Shown here in pieces: positions 1-9,565 of a DNA stretch of 64,000 nt. This DNA comes from a plasmid. The notes beneath the pieces were generated by a model that was not told the DNA's origin, searched no databases, and saw nothing but the letters and a program-made list of their open reading frames with translations. Location of the stretch: the sequence record NZ_CP137560.1; one strand, 5' to 3'. Within the stretch, counting starts at the first letter, position 1. Each line of letters opens with the position of its first letter. Both the position numbers and the translations under genes were made by a program.

Positions 1-174
1 ACTTCTTCTTAAAAACGTTGGCGTATTCTTCGGAAATCTCATCCTTGGCACTGATAATCTGCTCTTGGGCATCTTCCAAATCATCAAGCAAATCGTCTAA
101 AGCCGAGCATTTTTCGATAATGTTCAGTCCTTTTAACTTCGCCATTTCTTTATTAATATCAAACTTCTCCATTG
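1..174 (-). CDS. 5' end of an unknown protein-coding gene that runs off the window start. Its N-terminus reads MEKFDINKEMAKLKGLNIIEKCSALDDLLDDLEDAQEQ...
   Basis: Reverse-strand reading from the ATG at 174 stays open to position 1. A truncated copy of the first ~19 codons recurs inside repeat R2 at ~3963-4020. Confidence 0.4.
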
Positions 175-499
175 TATATCAATTAAAAATTCTGATGCAA
201 AGATAGCCCACACCTGTGTAAGTTCGTTTCACACAATAAAAAAATTTTTCATGCGCAATGATTTTTCTCACGATTCACCGAATTTTGCAGAAAAATGAAT
301 GAGCAAACAATGGAAATGGAAAAAGAACAATTAAACGGCAAGATAATGGATAGGGAGGATATCAAACATACCTTCAAAACGAGGTATCTCAATAGTGATA
401 AGGTAATCTTCTCTGAAAAGGGATGATTCGCAATTTAAATATAAAACACAGCATTCCGACAATAAAAGCAACTTTTATTTTGGTTTGTCCAAGTATATC
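123..499. repeat. Direct repeat R1, ~375 bp. Copy 2 lies at 3963-4336.
   Basis: Near-identical sequence by direct reading: ttcagtcc..ccattgtatatcaattaaaaattctgatgcaaagatagcccacacctgtgtaag...ttttggtttgtccaag in both copies. Confidence 0.9.
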
Positions 500-1122
500 G
501 AGAAAAATGATATTTATGAGCGGACAGGGCATCCTTGCAGACTGGTTGTTGAAAGGTTTGGTCAGTTTTGATAGGTTTGAGGGACAAACGTATCTCTGCA
601 GTATTAGATATATATAAGAAATTACCAGAAGAAGCGGAGCTGCTCATTAGTCATTCTTTCCTTAATGACAAGATGAAAAGAACCTATATCCGAATCATCA
701 AGGAAAGAATCGCTAGGTTCAATAGGCAGTCAGAATGGCTTCCTATAACTCCAAGTCGAGCCCATCATCAAACTCAACATTCTGGAATGTATGAATGCCG
801 AGGTTTTCCGCAGCGACACAATTCTCCTGGAGGTCGTCAATAAACAACGATTCTTCAGGAACTATCGCTGCCTGTCTGATGACTTCCTCGTAGATTTTTG
901 CATCCGGCTTGGAGAGATGGACGCCGCTGTGAAAGGAAGACATTTTCAAAATAGTCTTCCACATTATGCCCCTGATAGGGGAATAACTTCTCCACACAAT
1001 AATCCCAGTGAATGTCTATGGTGTTGCTCAATAGAAAGAGACGATAACCCTTAGCCTTGAGCTTTAAAAGCCTGCGTTTCTTCTCATCGGGAATAACAAC
1101 CAACATTCGATTGGCCGCTTCA
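500..1122. repeat. Segmental duplication: a diverged copy of 6590-7190, covering the 3' two-thirds of the HAD hydrolase gene plus its downstream flank.
   Basis: Long stretches are shared with 6590-7190 (gatatttatgagcggacagggcatccttgcagactggtt...). ORFs 743..997 and 855..1106 encode the same peptides as ORF 6822..7433. Confidence 0.85.
743..1122 (-). pseudogene. Truncated, frameshifted copy of the HAD-IA hydrolase gene at 6822..7433.
   Basis: Two minus-strand ORF fragments match the mid and C-terminal parts of the 203-aa protein (LQENCVAAENLGIHTFQNVEFDD; MLVVIPDEKKRRLLKLKAKGYRLFLLSNTIDIHWDYCVEKLFPYQGHNVEDYFE). A frameshift lies near 997-1000, the N-terminal third is missing, and similarity ends at ~1122. 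Confidence 0.8.
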
Positions 1123-1398
1123 CCCCTTTTTTATTAAAGGAGATTTATGGCAAATTGATAAATATTCACAACATGCTCAATCCTTGTTTTTTTCAGGCTT
1201 GAGTATATTTTTTCTTATCTACGCAGAAAGACTGCATACCCATGTTGTAACTTTGCATCCGAAAACAAGAAATATGGATATTTGGAGGTCAAGCGATGCT
1301 TACTTCATTAATGAATCGCTAGTACTGTTGTAGTACTAGAGCTATGGGTACTCAGCATGGCTATTACCTCCAATTTTCATTGCTTGAAGATAGTTTAT

Positions 1399-1525
1399 GG
1401 CTGCGATAGCTCAGCTGGTAGAGCATAGTTTTGTGTGGGAATTACCATCATCAAGCTGGTCAACTCACACATACTGCTGCAATGAAAGCCTAGTGTCGCT
1501 GGTTCGATTCCAGCTTGCAGCCCCA
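1399..1525 (+). tRNA. tRNA-His(GUG)-like gene with a 50-nt insertion (1436-1485) in the anticodon loop immediately 3' of the GTG anticodon.
   Basis: G-1 (1399) pairs with discriminator C1522. A 7-bp acceptor stem GCTGCGA/TTGCAGC carries one G-U pair. T8 is present. D arm is GCTC-AGCTGGTA-GAGC. 5' anticodon stem TAGTT, loop TTGTG|...|AA, 3' stem GCCTA (4 of 5 pairs), variable loop GTGTC, T arm GCTGG-TTCGATT-CCAGC, and an encoded CCA. The insert folds into its own hairpins (TGTGTG/CACACA; TTACCA/TGGTcAA). Confidence 0.6.
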
Positions 1526-1624
1526 ATTATTAACATAGGTCAAGAGGGACTTACTACATGACATAAGATTGCAGTTCTTAATGGTTTGAAGTTCCTCTAT
1601 TACCTTATTATATAATAGATAATT

Positions 1625-3883
1625 ATGAACGATGAGAATTTATTGAAGGTTGCTTTGAGATACAAGGCTTTGTATCTTGATATTGAAAAAGAGGATATAG
1701 ACATGTCCTCAAAGATGACACCTGCTGTTTATTCCCTCACTGAACGCCTGAAAGAAAATGGCTTTTGTTTGAGCGAAGAACTTCTCCATGCACTAGACGA
1801 AGTACCTGTGGCGAAATTAGCAGATATAGTCTCTATCATAGAGGATGTGATGGGAGTTGGACTCAATTGGTCGTCTCTTGTCAAAGGATGGGACATGCCT
1901 ACAGGCGAGGGAGTCGCTGACCACTTTATAACCTGGGTTGCCAACATCATCAAGGGTGAACTGAATATCAAGGGAACTACCCTACCTTGTGGTCACTTGA
2001 TTCCAGATGGTACATTTCCACTGGAAAGATACAATGGATGCCCTTTCTGTGGAACACCGTTCAAAACAACAAATTATGTGTACAAGGGACAGGGAAGCAA
2101 GCTCAAGGAACTTAGGTTATTGAACAGAGAAGATTTGAAGGGAATATTTCTTTCGTTACTTACCTCTCCTACTCCTCTTGATATAACCCAAAAAGATTCA
2201 CTCAATCTGCTTTTGAATTGTTTTGAGGTTCCAGAAGGTACAGAAATTGGCATGAAGGAGACCATGATGCTGGTCATCAAACATTGGGTGTCAACAGGTC
2301 AAGCTGATAGAGCCATGGACTATTTCAAGACTCCAACAGACATCTTGAGATACCTATGGTTTGAGAAGACAGGGCACGTTCAGATCATCAAACCTTCAAC
2401 TCTTATGAATAATGCTCGAAGACTGGGAGCTCACATGAACTTTGTTTGTGACAAAGCCTTGACTTATCAAGAGCAGATGAAGCAGCAGCTCATGCTCAAG
2501 TATAGTCGTAAAAATTGCAAGACGGTGAGCAAATGGATAAACAATCTCCCGCTTTCGGCAATTAAGATGGCTGAGGACATGAACTCCAAGCGTGGTATGT
2601 GGGTAAGATTCATACGTGCCTTGCGTCTGGCGGAGTACGCCAAGAGAAAAGGTTATGAGAAGTTAGCTGATGTCATGGACATTTTCTATAAACAAAACTA
2701 CACCACGTGGCAGGGAAACTTAGATCAGGCTTCGAACAACAACCAGGCAGAAAAGGTTTTAGGCATGCTCAAGGAAAGACCAGGTTCATTTGCCAGATGT
2801 CTCTTTGCTACTATGTTGAGATTCGGTAGCTTAAGAACCTTGAAAGCATTTGGAGAGATTGCCGATGAGCTGCCAGCCAGACTACTCGTCTCCCTTGGCA
2901 ATGCAGCAGAAGGATATTTTGACATCGACTCCATCAGGTCAATCAAGACTATTACTGGAATCCAGAAGATCATCCCACACAACAAATTGCTTGCTCTATA
3001 CAGTAAGGTAGAACGAGAGAAAATGATTGAGGATGTGAATGGTATGTACAAGGACTCTATGTTCAGGCGTTTCAAGGCACAGGACACAGAGAGCAAGACC
3101 ATCTACATCGCCCCTGAGTTATATGACATACCTATTAGCGTCGGCGACCGATCAACAACCATACAGGATACCAGTTGTGCACTGATGGGAACTCGCTTCC
3201 ATATGGAAGGAGATGCGGTAAGGTTATTCTTGCAATGGGGAAAGGGGCTGCATGCCCAGCATTTGGACATGGACTTGAGCTGTCGCATCTCTTACGAGGA
3301 TAAGATAGAGGAATGTGCCTATTACAATCTTACCTGCACAGGTGCCAAGCATTCTGGTGACATACGTTCTATCCCTGAGATGGTGGGTACAGCAGAGTAC
3401 ATTGAACTGTCACTGCCAGAACTGGAGGCTGCAGAAGCTAAGTATGCCATCTTCACATGCAACGCCTACTCCTGTGGATCCTTATCTCCAAATCTTGTAG
3501 TTGGTTGGATGAACTCCGCCAACAAGATGAAAATATCAGAGAAAGATGGAGTAGCTTATGACCCTTCCTGTGTTCAGCACATGGTGAGGGTTGCCGACGA
3601 CAATCTCTCCAAAGGATTGGTATTCGGGGTTCTGGACATTGCCAAACGAGAAATCATCTGGTTGGAAATGCCTATCGCAGGACAGACATTGCGTTCGGCT
3701 AGAAGTAAGGATATAGAGGCTTTACTCATAAAATTACAAAGGAAACTCAAGATTGGTGAGCTTCTTAAGATGAAAGCCGAAGCACAGAGTCAGAAAATAG
3801 TAGGTTCTGCAGAACAGGCAGATGAAAGCTATACCCATGAGTGGGCATTTAATCCGGCAGAAGTAAGTAAGCTGTTATATTGA
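1625..3883 (+). CDS. Hypothetical 752-aa protein with a treble-clef-like zinc ribbon (CGH-x15-CPFCG) near the N-terminus. No family was recognised from sequence.
   Basis: Long ORF immediately downstream of the tRNA-His-like gene. CxH...CxxC cluster at residues ~120-140. Followed by a rho-independent terminator. Confidence 0.7.
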   Translation: MNDENLLKVALRYKALYLDIEKEDIDMSSKMTPAVYSLTERLKENGFCLSEELLHALDEVPVAKLADIVSIIEDVMGVGLNWSSLVKGWDMPTGEGVADHFITWVANIIKGELNIKGTTLPCGHLIPDGTFPLERYNGCPFCGTPFKTTNYVYKGQGSKLKELRLLNREDLKGIFLSLLTSPTPLDITQKDSLNLLLNCFEVPEGTEIGMKETMMLVIKHWVSTGQADRAMDYFKTPTDILRYLWFEKTGHVQIIKPSTLMNNARRLGAHMNFVCDKALTYQEQMKQQLMLKYSRKNCKTVSKWINNLPLSAIKMAEDMNSKRGMWVRFIRALRLAEYAKRKGYEKLADVMDIFYKQNYTTWQGNLDQASNNNQAEKVLGMLKERPGSFARCLFATMLRFGSLRTLKAFGEIADELPARLLVSLGNAAEGYFDIDSIRSIKTITGIQKIIPHNKLLALYSKVEREKMIEDVNGMYKDSMFRRFKAQDTESKTIYIAPELYDIPISVGDRSTTIQDTSCALMGTRFHMEGDAVRLFLQWGKGLHAQHLDMDLSCRISYEDKIEECAYYNLTCTGAKHSGDIRSIPEMVGTAEYIELSLPELEAAEAKYAIFTCNAYSCGSLSPNLVVGWMNSANKMKISEKDGVAYDPSCVQHMVRVADDNLSKGLVFGVLDIAKREIIWLEMPIAGQTLRSARSKDIEALLIKLQRKLKIGELLKMKAEAQSQKIVGSAEQADESYTHEWAFNPAEVSKLLY

Positions 3884-3888
3884 ATTTA

Positions 3889-3932
3889 TGAAGGAGACCT
3901 AAACAAGGCCTCCTTCATTCTTTTTGCCTAAA
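3889..3932 (+). terminator. Rho-independent terminator after the 752-aa ORF.
   Basis: Hairpin TGAAGGAG...CTCCTTCA followed by TTCTTTTT. Confidence 0.55.
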
Positions 3933-3962
3933 TTTTGAAAATCAGTCAATCTATGAAGACAT

Positions 3963-4336
3963 AATGTTCAGTTTTTTCAACTTTGCCATTTCTTTATTAA
4001 TATTAAACTTCTCCATTGTATATCAATTAAAAATTCTGATGCAAAGATAGCCCACACCTGTGTAAGTTTGTTTAACACAACAAAAAGTTTTTTCATGCGC
4101 AATAATTTTTCTCACGATTCACTTAATTTTGCAGAAAAAATGAATGAGCAAACAATGGAAATGGAAAAAGAACAATTAAACGACAAGATAATGGATAGGG
4201 AGTATATCAAACATACCTTCAAAACGGGTATCTCAATAGTTATAAGGTGATCTTCTCAGAAAAGGGATGATTCACAATTTAAATATAAAACACAGCATTT
4301 CGACAATAAAAGCAACTTTTATTTTGGTTTGTCCAA
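3963..4336. repeat. Direct repeat R2, copy of 123-499.
   Basis: See R1. Contains a truncated copy of the window-start gene's 5' end (MEKFNINKEMAKLKKLNIMSS*) and a TAATTTTG promoter-like element just upstream of the exonuclease gene. Confidence 0.9.
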
Positions 4337-4358
4337 GATTTGCATTAATTTTGCACAT

Positions 4359-4853
4359 ATGAAGAATTTTGCAGCTATAGATTTTGAGACAGCCAACCAG
4401 CAACACACAAGCGTATGCTCCGTTGGCATTGTGATAGTAATAGATGGTGAGATTGTGGATAGCTACTACAGTCTCATCAAGCCAGAGCCTGAGTATTACT
4501 CTTATTGGAACACAAGGGTGCATGGACTTACCATGGAGGATACCATGAATGCCAGGGTGTTTCCAGAGGTCTGGGCTGAGATTGAACCAAAGATCAAGGG
4601 ATTGCCATTGGTGGCACACAACTCACCCTTTGATGAGGGATGCCTGAAAGCTGTATTTCAAATGTACCAGATGGAGTATCACGACTATGAGTTTCATTGC
4701 ACCTGTCGTGCCTCCAGGAAAAAGTTGGGCTCTCTCCTACCCAACCACCAGCTACATACCGTTGCCGCCTATTGTGGATACGACCTTACTTTGCACCATA
4801 ATGCTCTAGCTGACGCAGAGGCATGCGCTTGGATTGCTAGGGAACTATTATAA
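4359..4853 (+). CDS. DnaQ/epsilon-like 3'-5' exonuclease (DEDDh).
   Basis: Exo I AIDFETAN, Exo II HNSPFDEGCL, Exo III HNALADAEA. The start is placed at ATG 4359 (MKNFAAIDFE), because the track's earlier start uses TTG. Confidence 0.8.
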   Translation: MKNFAAIDFETANQQHTSVCSVGIVIVIDGEIVDSYYSLIKPEPEYYSYWNTRVHGLTMEDTMNARVFPEVWAEIEPKIKGLPLVAHNSPFDEGCLKAVFQMYQMEYHDYEFHCTCRASRKKLGSLLPNHQLHTVAAYCGYDLTLHHNALADAEACAWIARELL

Positions 4854-5393
4854 CTCTTCCAGCAAAGTATTAAATTGTGTCCAGAATGGATCTTGCCGCA
4901 TCGTATACTGAAGTTTGCGATCGAGCTTCAATTTGCCTAACACTTTGCCCGCATTTTCTGGATTACTTACCATCCAATAGATGCTGCAGACATTATTGCC
5001 CTCCACAAAACCAACAATCAGCGGATATGGCACATCCTTACATTTGATGCGAAGTGATAAATCGATGGAGCCTATCAAGTCCCCAAGGGCTTTTTTCTCC
5101 TTTTCCGTGGGCAGGCCCTGCTCGTCCATCTCTTCAATTGGAACTGTCACCTGACAGCACCACTTCAGTAAATTTCTCTTTTGGTAATTGCGCAGGCCAA
5201 CATTTACCTTGCCCTCATAAAGCTTGTCTCCTTTCGTGAAGGTATTCAAATCCTCAAGCTTTTTATTTGGACAAAGTTGATTGACTTGTTTCCAGCCATC
5301 CCTTATATAAGCTACAAAGCCTAACAACTTTTCCAAAAGTGCCAGGATACAGATGCCTGCACAAACGTATGTTATATATATCATAGAAATCAT
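4848..5393 (-). CDS. Hypothetical N-terminally membrane-anchored protein.
   Basis: 181-aa ORF with a hydrophobic N-terminus (ITYVCAGICILALL). No recognised motifs. Confidence 0.5.
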   Translation of the reverse strand: MISMIYITYVCAGICILALLEKLLGFVAYIRDGWKQVNQLCPNKKLEDLNTFTKGDKLYEGKVNVGLRNYQKRNLLKWCCQVTVPIEEMDEQGLPTEKEKKALGDLIGSIDLSLRIKCKDVPYPLIVGFVEGNNVCSIYWMVSNPENAGKVLGKLKLDRKLQYTMRQDPFWTQFNTLLEEL

Positions 5394-6028
5394 AAAATCG
5401 ACAAATGAGCCAGTTGCTCCTTTAAGTTATTACTACCAGTAAATAATATGCCTTGTATTCCTACTTGGTTGGCGCCATCCACATTGCGTTGTCTGTCATC
5501 TATAAAGACGCTTTCGGAAGCATTGAGGTTATATCGTCCAAGCAAGAGGTTGTAAATCTCCGGATTGGGTTTCACCATCTTCTCCTCGCCACTCACCACA
5601 ATGCCATCGAACAGTTCAAAGAGGCGTGCATGGACTTCCTTTACTATCGGGAAGGTCTCATGCGACCAGTTGGTCAGGCAATAAAGTTGATATCCCCTAT
5701 CCTTTAAATCCTTCATGACATCATAGATTCCTGGAATCTCACCGGCATCCATGTCCTTATAACAATACCAATATGCCACGATATAAGGAGCATACTTGGG
5801 ATAAGCCTGTTTGAGTTCGAAGATACATTCTTTGATAGGCTTGCCCAAGTCTGTCTGGTCATTCCAGGAGTTGGTGACGATGTTATCCACCATCCACTTA
5901 GCCTTATCCTTATCACCATGTAACAAGGTTGTGTAGAGGTTGATACGCATCCAATTAACCAGCACCGAACCTACATCAAATATAATATTTTTATATGTAC
6001 TCATTGAATATAAGTGTCTAAGAAGCAA
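5390..6028 (-). CDS. HAD-IA family hydrolase (YihX-like sugar phosphatase type).
   Basis: N-terminal IIFDVGSVLV (FDxGxV motif I variant), LTNW, a downstream VFIDD-like motif, and an overall HAD layout. Confidence 0.7.
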   Translation of the reverse strand: MLLRHLYSMSTYKNIIFDVGSVLVNWMRINLYTTLLHGDKDKAKWMVDNIVTNSWNDQTDLGKPIKECIFELKQAYPKYAPYIVAYWYCYKDMDAGEIPGIYDVMKDLKDRGYQLYCLTNWSHETFPIVKEVHARLFELFDGIVVSGEEKMVKPNPEIYNLLLGRYNLNASESVFIDDRQRNVDGANQVGIQGILFTGSNNLKEQLAHLSIL

Positions 6029-6821
6029 AGCATGGGATAGTTCTGCTTCTGAAGGGAATAGGTCTTCAAAACTTCAACTTGAAGCTCCCAATTTAACAAA
6101 ATTCCAAAACTATCAGAATACGTTCCCATTTCATTTGCCATATATATATATAAATAATGTGCAAAAATACATCATTTAATTTAAATAGCGACTAAGAAAT
6201 GCAACTTTTTTAATAATAGTCTCGTTTTCTAGGAATTTTAGCAAGCTACTAAAGCAAATATTATATGGAATACGTTGCCTCGCTCCTTTGGAAAAACGAG
6301 CGATAAAAATGGAACTTACTTCAAGTATGATGCTTCTTTCAAGGATATGCCAGAATGATTAAGAAATTCATTCCTGCTTGGATGGTAGTCATGGAGAAGT
6401 TCTACAAGTTGGTGGTCTTCAACCATATCTATGCCAATGGCGATGACCACTTTGAAGAATTTTTCCGTCATTCAGATTGGTGATACCTATCAGCTTGTCC
6501 TTGGTTACAATCTGATGAATACTCCCCTGCACATTGAGGGTGATGACCTTGGACTAAATGGTGGTTTGTCGGAGCATACCGAGAAAAGTGATATTTATGA
6601 GCGGACAGGGCATCCTTGCAGACTGGTTTTTGAAAGGTTTGGTCAGTTGATAGGTTTGAGGAACAAACGTATCTCTGCAGTATTGGATATACATAAGAAA
6701 TTACCAGAAGAAGCGGAGCTGCTCATTAGTCATTCTTTCCTCAATGACAAGATGAAAAGAAACTACATACGAATCGTCAAGGGAAGAATCGATAGGTTCA
6801 ATAGGCAGTCAGAATGGCTTC

Positions 6822-7433
6822 CTATAATTCCAAGTCGAGCCAATCATCAAACTCAACATTCTGGAATGTATGAATGCCGAGGTTTTCCGCAGCGACACAA
6901 TTCTCCTGAAGGTCGTCAATAAACAACGATTCTTCAGGAACTATCGCTGCTTGTCTGATGACTTCCTCGTAGATTCTTGCATCCGGCTTGGAGAGATGGA
7001 GCCGCTGTGAGAGGAAGACTTTTTCAAAATAGTCTTCCACATTATGCCCCTGATAGGGGAATAACTTCTCCACACAATAATCCCAGTGAATGTCTATGGT
7101 GTTGCTCAATAGAAAGAGACGATAGCCCTTAGCCTTGAGCTTTAAAAGCCTGCGTTTCTTCTCATCGGGGATAACAACCAACATTCGATTGGCCGCTTCA
7201 ATAATTTGGTGATTAGAAACTGTTGTCAGGGTCAAGTTCCTTGCCGCATCGCAAAACTGTTCCGTAGAGATCAGTCCTTCACCTAACTCACCCATGAGTC
7301 TCTTTGCCTCTGGGTTAGAGTCTATCAGTTTCTCCATTCCAAGTACCTTGAAAGCATTCATACATCCTAGAGAATTCAACTTCACAAGTACGTTCCCCAA
7401 ATCGAAAATGATATTTTTGTATTGCATCTTCAT
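6822..7433 (-). CDS. HAD-IA family hydrolase (YihX-like). This is the intact parent of the pseudogene copy at 743-1122.
   Basis: IIFDLGNVLV, LLSNT, SKPD, FIDD motifs. Paralogue of the 5390..6028 product. Confidence 0.75.
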   Translation of the reverse strand: MKMQYKNIIFDLGNVLVKLNSLGCMNAFKVLGMEKLIDSNPEAKRLMGELGEGLISTEQFCDAARNLTLTTVSNHQIIEAANRMLVVIPDEKKRRLLKLKAKGYRLFLLSNTIDIHWDYCVEKLFPYQGHNVEDYFEKVFLSQRLHLSKPDARIYEEVIRQAAIVPEESLFIDDLQENCVAAENLGIHTFQNVEFDDWLDLEL

Positions 7434-7566
7434 TGTTGTTTAATAGAGAGGTTGAGCACTCTTCTGTTAAGTCAACTCCAATCACCTTCTCGTGGGCAAA
7501 GATGATTCAGAGAACTGCTTGTAGCTGAAGCTGGCTCATGTCGCATATCGTCTTTAAGGAAACCTG

Positions 7567-7857
7567 TTATTTCTCAAACTGAAATTGTTCCAGTTTCAAT
7601 CCATGCTTCGTCAAAGCCTCTATTTGAGGAACCAACGTGGTAAAGTGAGCAGACTCCATGTGAGTTTTCAGCACCTTAGCGTTCTGCCAAGTCTCACATA
7701 TCATCATCACGCCATCACGAGTACCACTAACGAAATAGTCATAGGCAATGTTGCCTTCGTCAGCCAATGACTTTTCCACTAACTCCTGACACAGGGCATT
7801 AAGTTGCTCCATATCCACTCCTTCTTTCACTTCAAAAAATACATTCAGTCTTATCAT
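7567..7857 (-). CDS. ABM-domain (antibiotic biosynthesis monooxygenase / YgiN-like) small protein.
   Basis: 96 aa with the characteristic pattern NVFFEVKEG...E..A...H. Size is typical of Dabb/ABM proteins. Confidence 0.6.
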   Translation of the reverse strand: MIRLNVFFEVKEGVDMEQLNALCQELVEKSLADEGNIAYDYFVSGTRDGVMMICETWQNAKVLKTHMESAHFTTLVPQIEALTKHGLKLEQFQFEK

Positions 7858-8555
7858 GTCTGTAATATTTAAATTTTTACTATCAAAAACTTTCGGTGCA
7901 AAAGTACTGAATAATACTGAAAATCATCTATTTTTAAATGATTTTTTAATATCTTTTGCTCCATATAAGCAAAATGCCTAGCGAAAGAGCAACACTATAA
8001 TAAAGGCAATGATATAGCTGTTGGCATAGAAACAATATTTTATTTGTATAATGGAAAATCGCAAATGCTTTACTTTTCGTAAATTTGCTATATAATTTAG
8101 AAAAAAGTTCAGCATTATGCTTAATTTCAAGAAATTCAACAGCGTATGTCAGATACAGCATATACAACATCAACGTCACCACATAGTCGTGCATCCCTGC
8201 CATCTTTTCCTGCAACGACTCGGCTGCGTTCTTAGGCTTCTTTTTCTTGAAATCTTACTGATTGCTTATAAGATGCTGATATTCAATATATATTGTGTAG
8301 ACAGAATGGCGTAAGAAACAAATTAGGAACAATAAAAGCAAGAAACCATAAATTGAAAGCATGAGAATACAAAAATTAACACGGAAAACAATGGCAATTT
8401 TCCTATTTTGACATTTTACAAGTGTAGTCTATAAGGAAAAAATGGATCGCTCTTATTTTTTGTACTTCATAAAAGTGGGTATAACACAAAATATAATCTC
8501 ATAGGAAGTTAAATTAAATAAAGAATTTATGTTTTCTCGTTATATTTCTATATCT

Positions 8556-8563
8556 TTGCACCA
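8556..8563 (+). promoter_or_regulatory. Bacteroidetes -7 promoter element TATCTTTG (TAnnTTTG).
   Basis: Exact TAnnTTTG ~25 nt upstream of ATG 8589. Confidence 0.35.
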
Positions 8564-8588
8564 ATATATATATGAATATATGGCTAAT

Positions 8589-8771
8589 TTGAATAGGCTA
8601 AAAGCTGTGCTTGCGGAGCAAGATAAAACAGGAAAATGGCTTGCAGAACACAATCTTCAATGTGAGGTATATCCTGCTGAATGGAACAAGTATGAACGAG
8701 TAGCTGGACCTATCCGTAACAATCAAATGACAGAAGCTGCTGATGCTTTGATAGCATTTTGGGGACGGTAA
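8589..8771 (+). CDS. Degenerate HTH (XRE-like) small protein typical of Bacteroides mobilizable elements; possibly a fused or decayed gene.
   Basis: MANLNRLKAVLAEQDKTGKWLAE resembles the N-terminal HTH of Bacteroides mobile-element regulators. The downstream half is atypical. Confidence 0.35.
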   Translation: MNRLKAVLAEQDKTGKWLAEHNLQCEVYPAEWNKYERVAGPIRNNQMTEAADALIAFWGR

Positions 8772-8857
8772 GAGTTTTGGCACAAAATCAATGATAAATA
8801 TTGCAAAATCAAAAAGATTGAGGGTTGCAGTAGTTAGAATTTATAAATCAGAATAAT

Positions 8858-9070
8858 ATGAAGACATTTCTTGATATAATGAAAATTCTTTTAACCAAAG
8901 ATGAGAATAGATTGATATTTGCTATATTATGTGCAGATGTAGTTGTTTTATTTTTTATCCGCTGTATCTTTGTATGGATAGTTCTTGTCTTTTGTTGTGC
9001 CTACCTTATTTGGGCTCTAATTATTTTTTGTTTCAACGATATAGAAGTTATAGTGAAAAAAAATATATAA
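8858..9070 (+). CDS. Small hydrophobic (2-TM) hypothetical protein in a very AT-rich islet.
   Basis: 70-aa ORF with two hydrophobic segments. Low-GC context. Confidence 0.25.
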   Translation: MKTFLDIMKILLTKDENRLIFAILCADVVVLFFIRCIFVWIVLVFCCAYLIWALIIFCFNDIEVIVKKNI

Positions 9071-9107
9071 GCGACAAAATACAAAGAAAGAAGCTGATGA
9101 TCGTGTC

Positions 9108-9458
9108 ATGCGAAAAAAATTAGCTAAGGACTTATTTCATACGTTGGAGTACTTACCAAAACAATTACTGTGTTATGCAATATTAAAAGGGAAAAAAAGT
9201 TCTACATTTCAAAATGTTTGGATGTTTAATGATTTTAATGAACTCTATCCTATAGAGATAAATAAAATTGATTCCCTGAGAGTTCCGCATTATCCTCAAA
9301 TTGAATTTACTAAAATACAAACTAACTATAGACAAACATCTATAATGATTTTGCCAGAGTTAGTTGAACTTATTATGAATGAGATTACTAATAATCGGTA
9401 CACACTACAAAATGTGGTGAAAAACATTAATAAGTATTATGACATGATTAATGAATAA
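9108..9458 (+). CDS. Hypothetical 116-aa protein in an AT-rich islet.
   Basis: ORF only; unusual composition. Confidence 0.3.
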   Translation: MRKKLAKDLFHTLEYLPKQLLCYAILKGKKSSTFQNVWMFNDFNELYPIEINKIDSLRVPHYPQIEFTKIQTNYRQTSIMILPELVELIMNEITNNRYTLQNVVKNINKYYDMINE

Positions 9459-9565
9459 GTACTAAAATTGAGTTGCCAAAAATGGTTGTGTAAAAAGAAC
9501 AGTCACTGTACTGCTTACACAACCATTTTTTTATTAACCATAGTACCGTGGTGTTATCGCAATAC

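Noticed and set aside
1399-1525. tRNA gene considered as an integration att site, with its 3' half repeated at the other end of an island
   Set aside because: The 375-bp direct repeats do not include the tRNA. No second copy of GGTTCGATTCCAGC was noticed elsewhere in the window, but this could not be searched exhaustively by eye.
6431-6922. 163-aa plus-strand ORF, and its duplicate at 568..843
   Set aside because: It lies antisense to, and overlaps, the 3' end of the HAD gene and sits inside the duplicated segment. It has no motifs and no promoter context. It is most likely a spurious ORF riding on the duplication.
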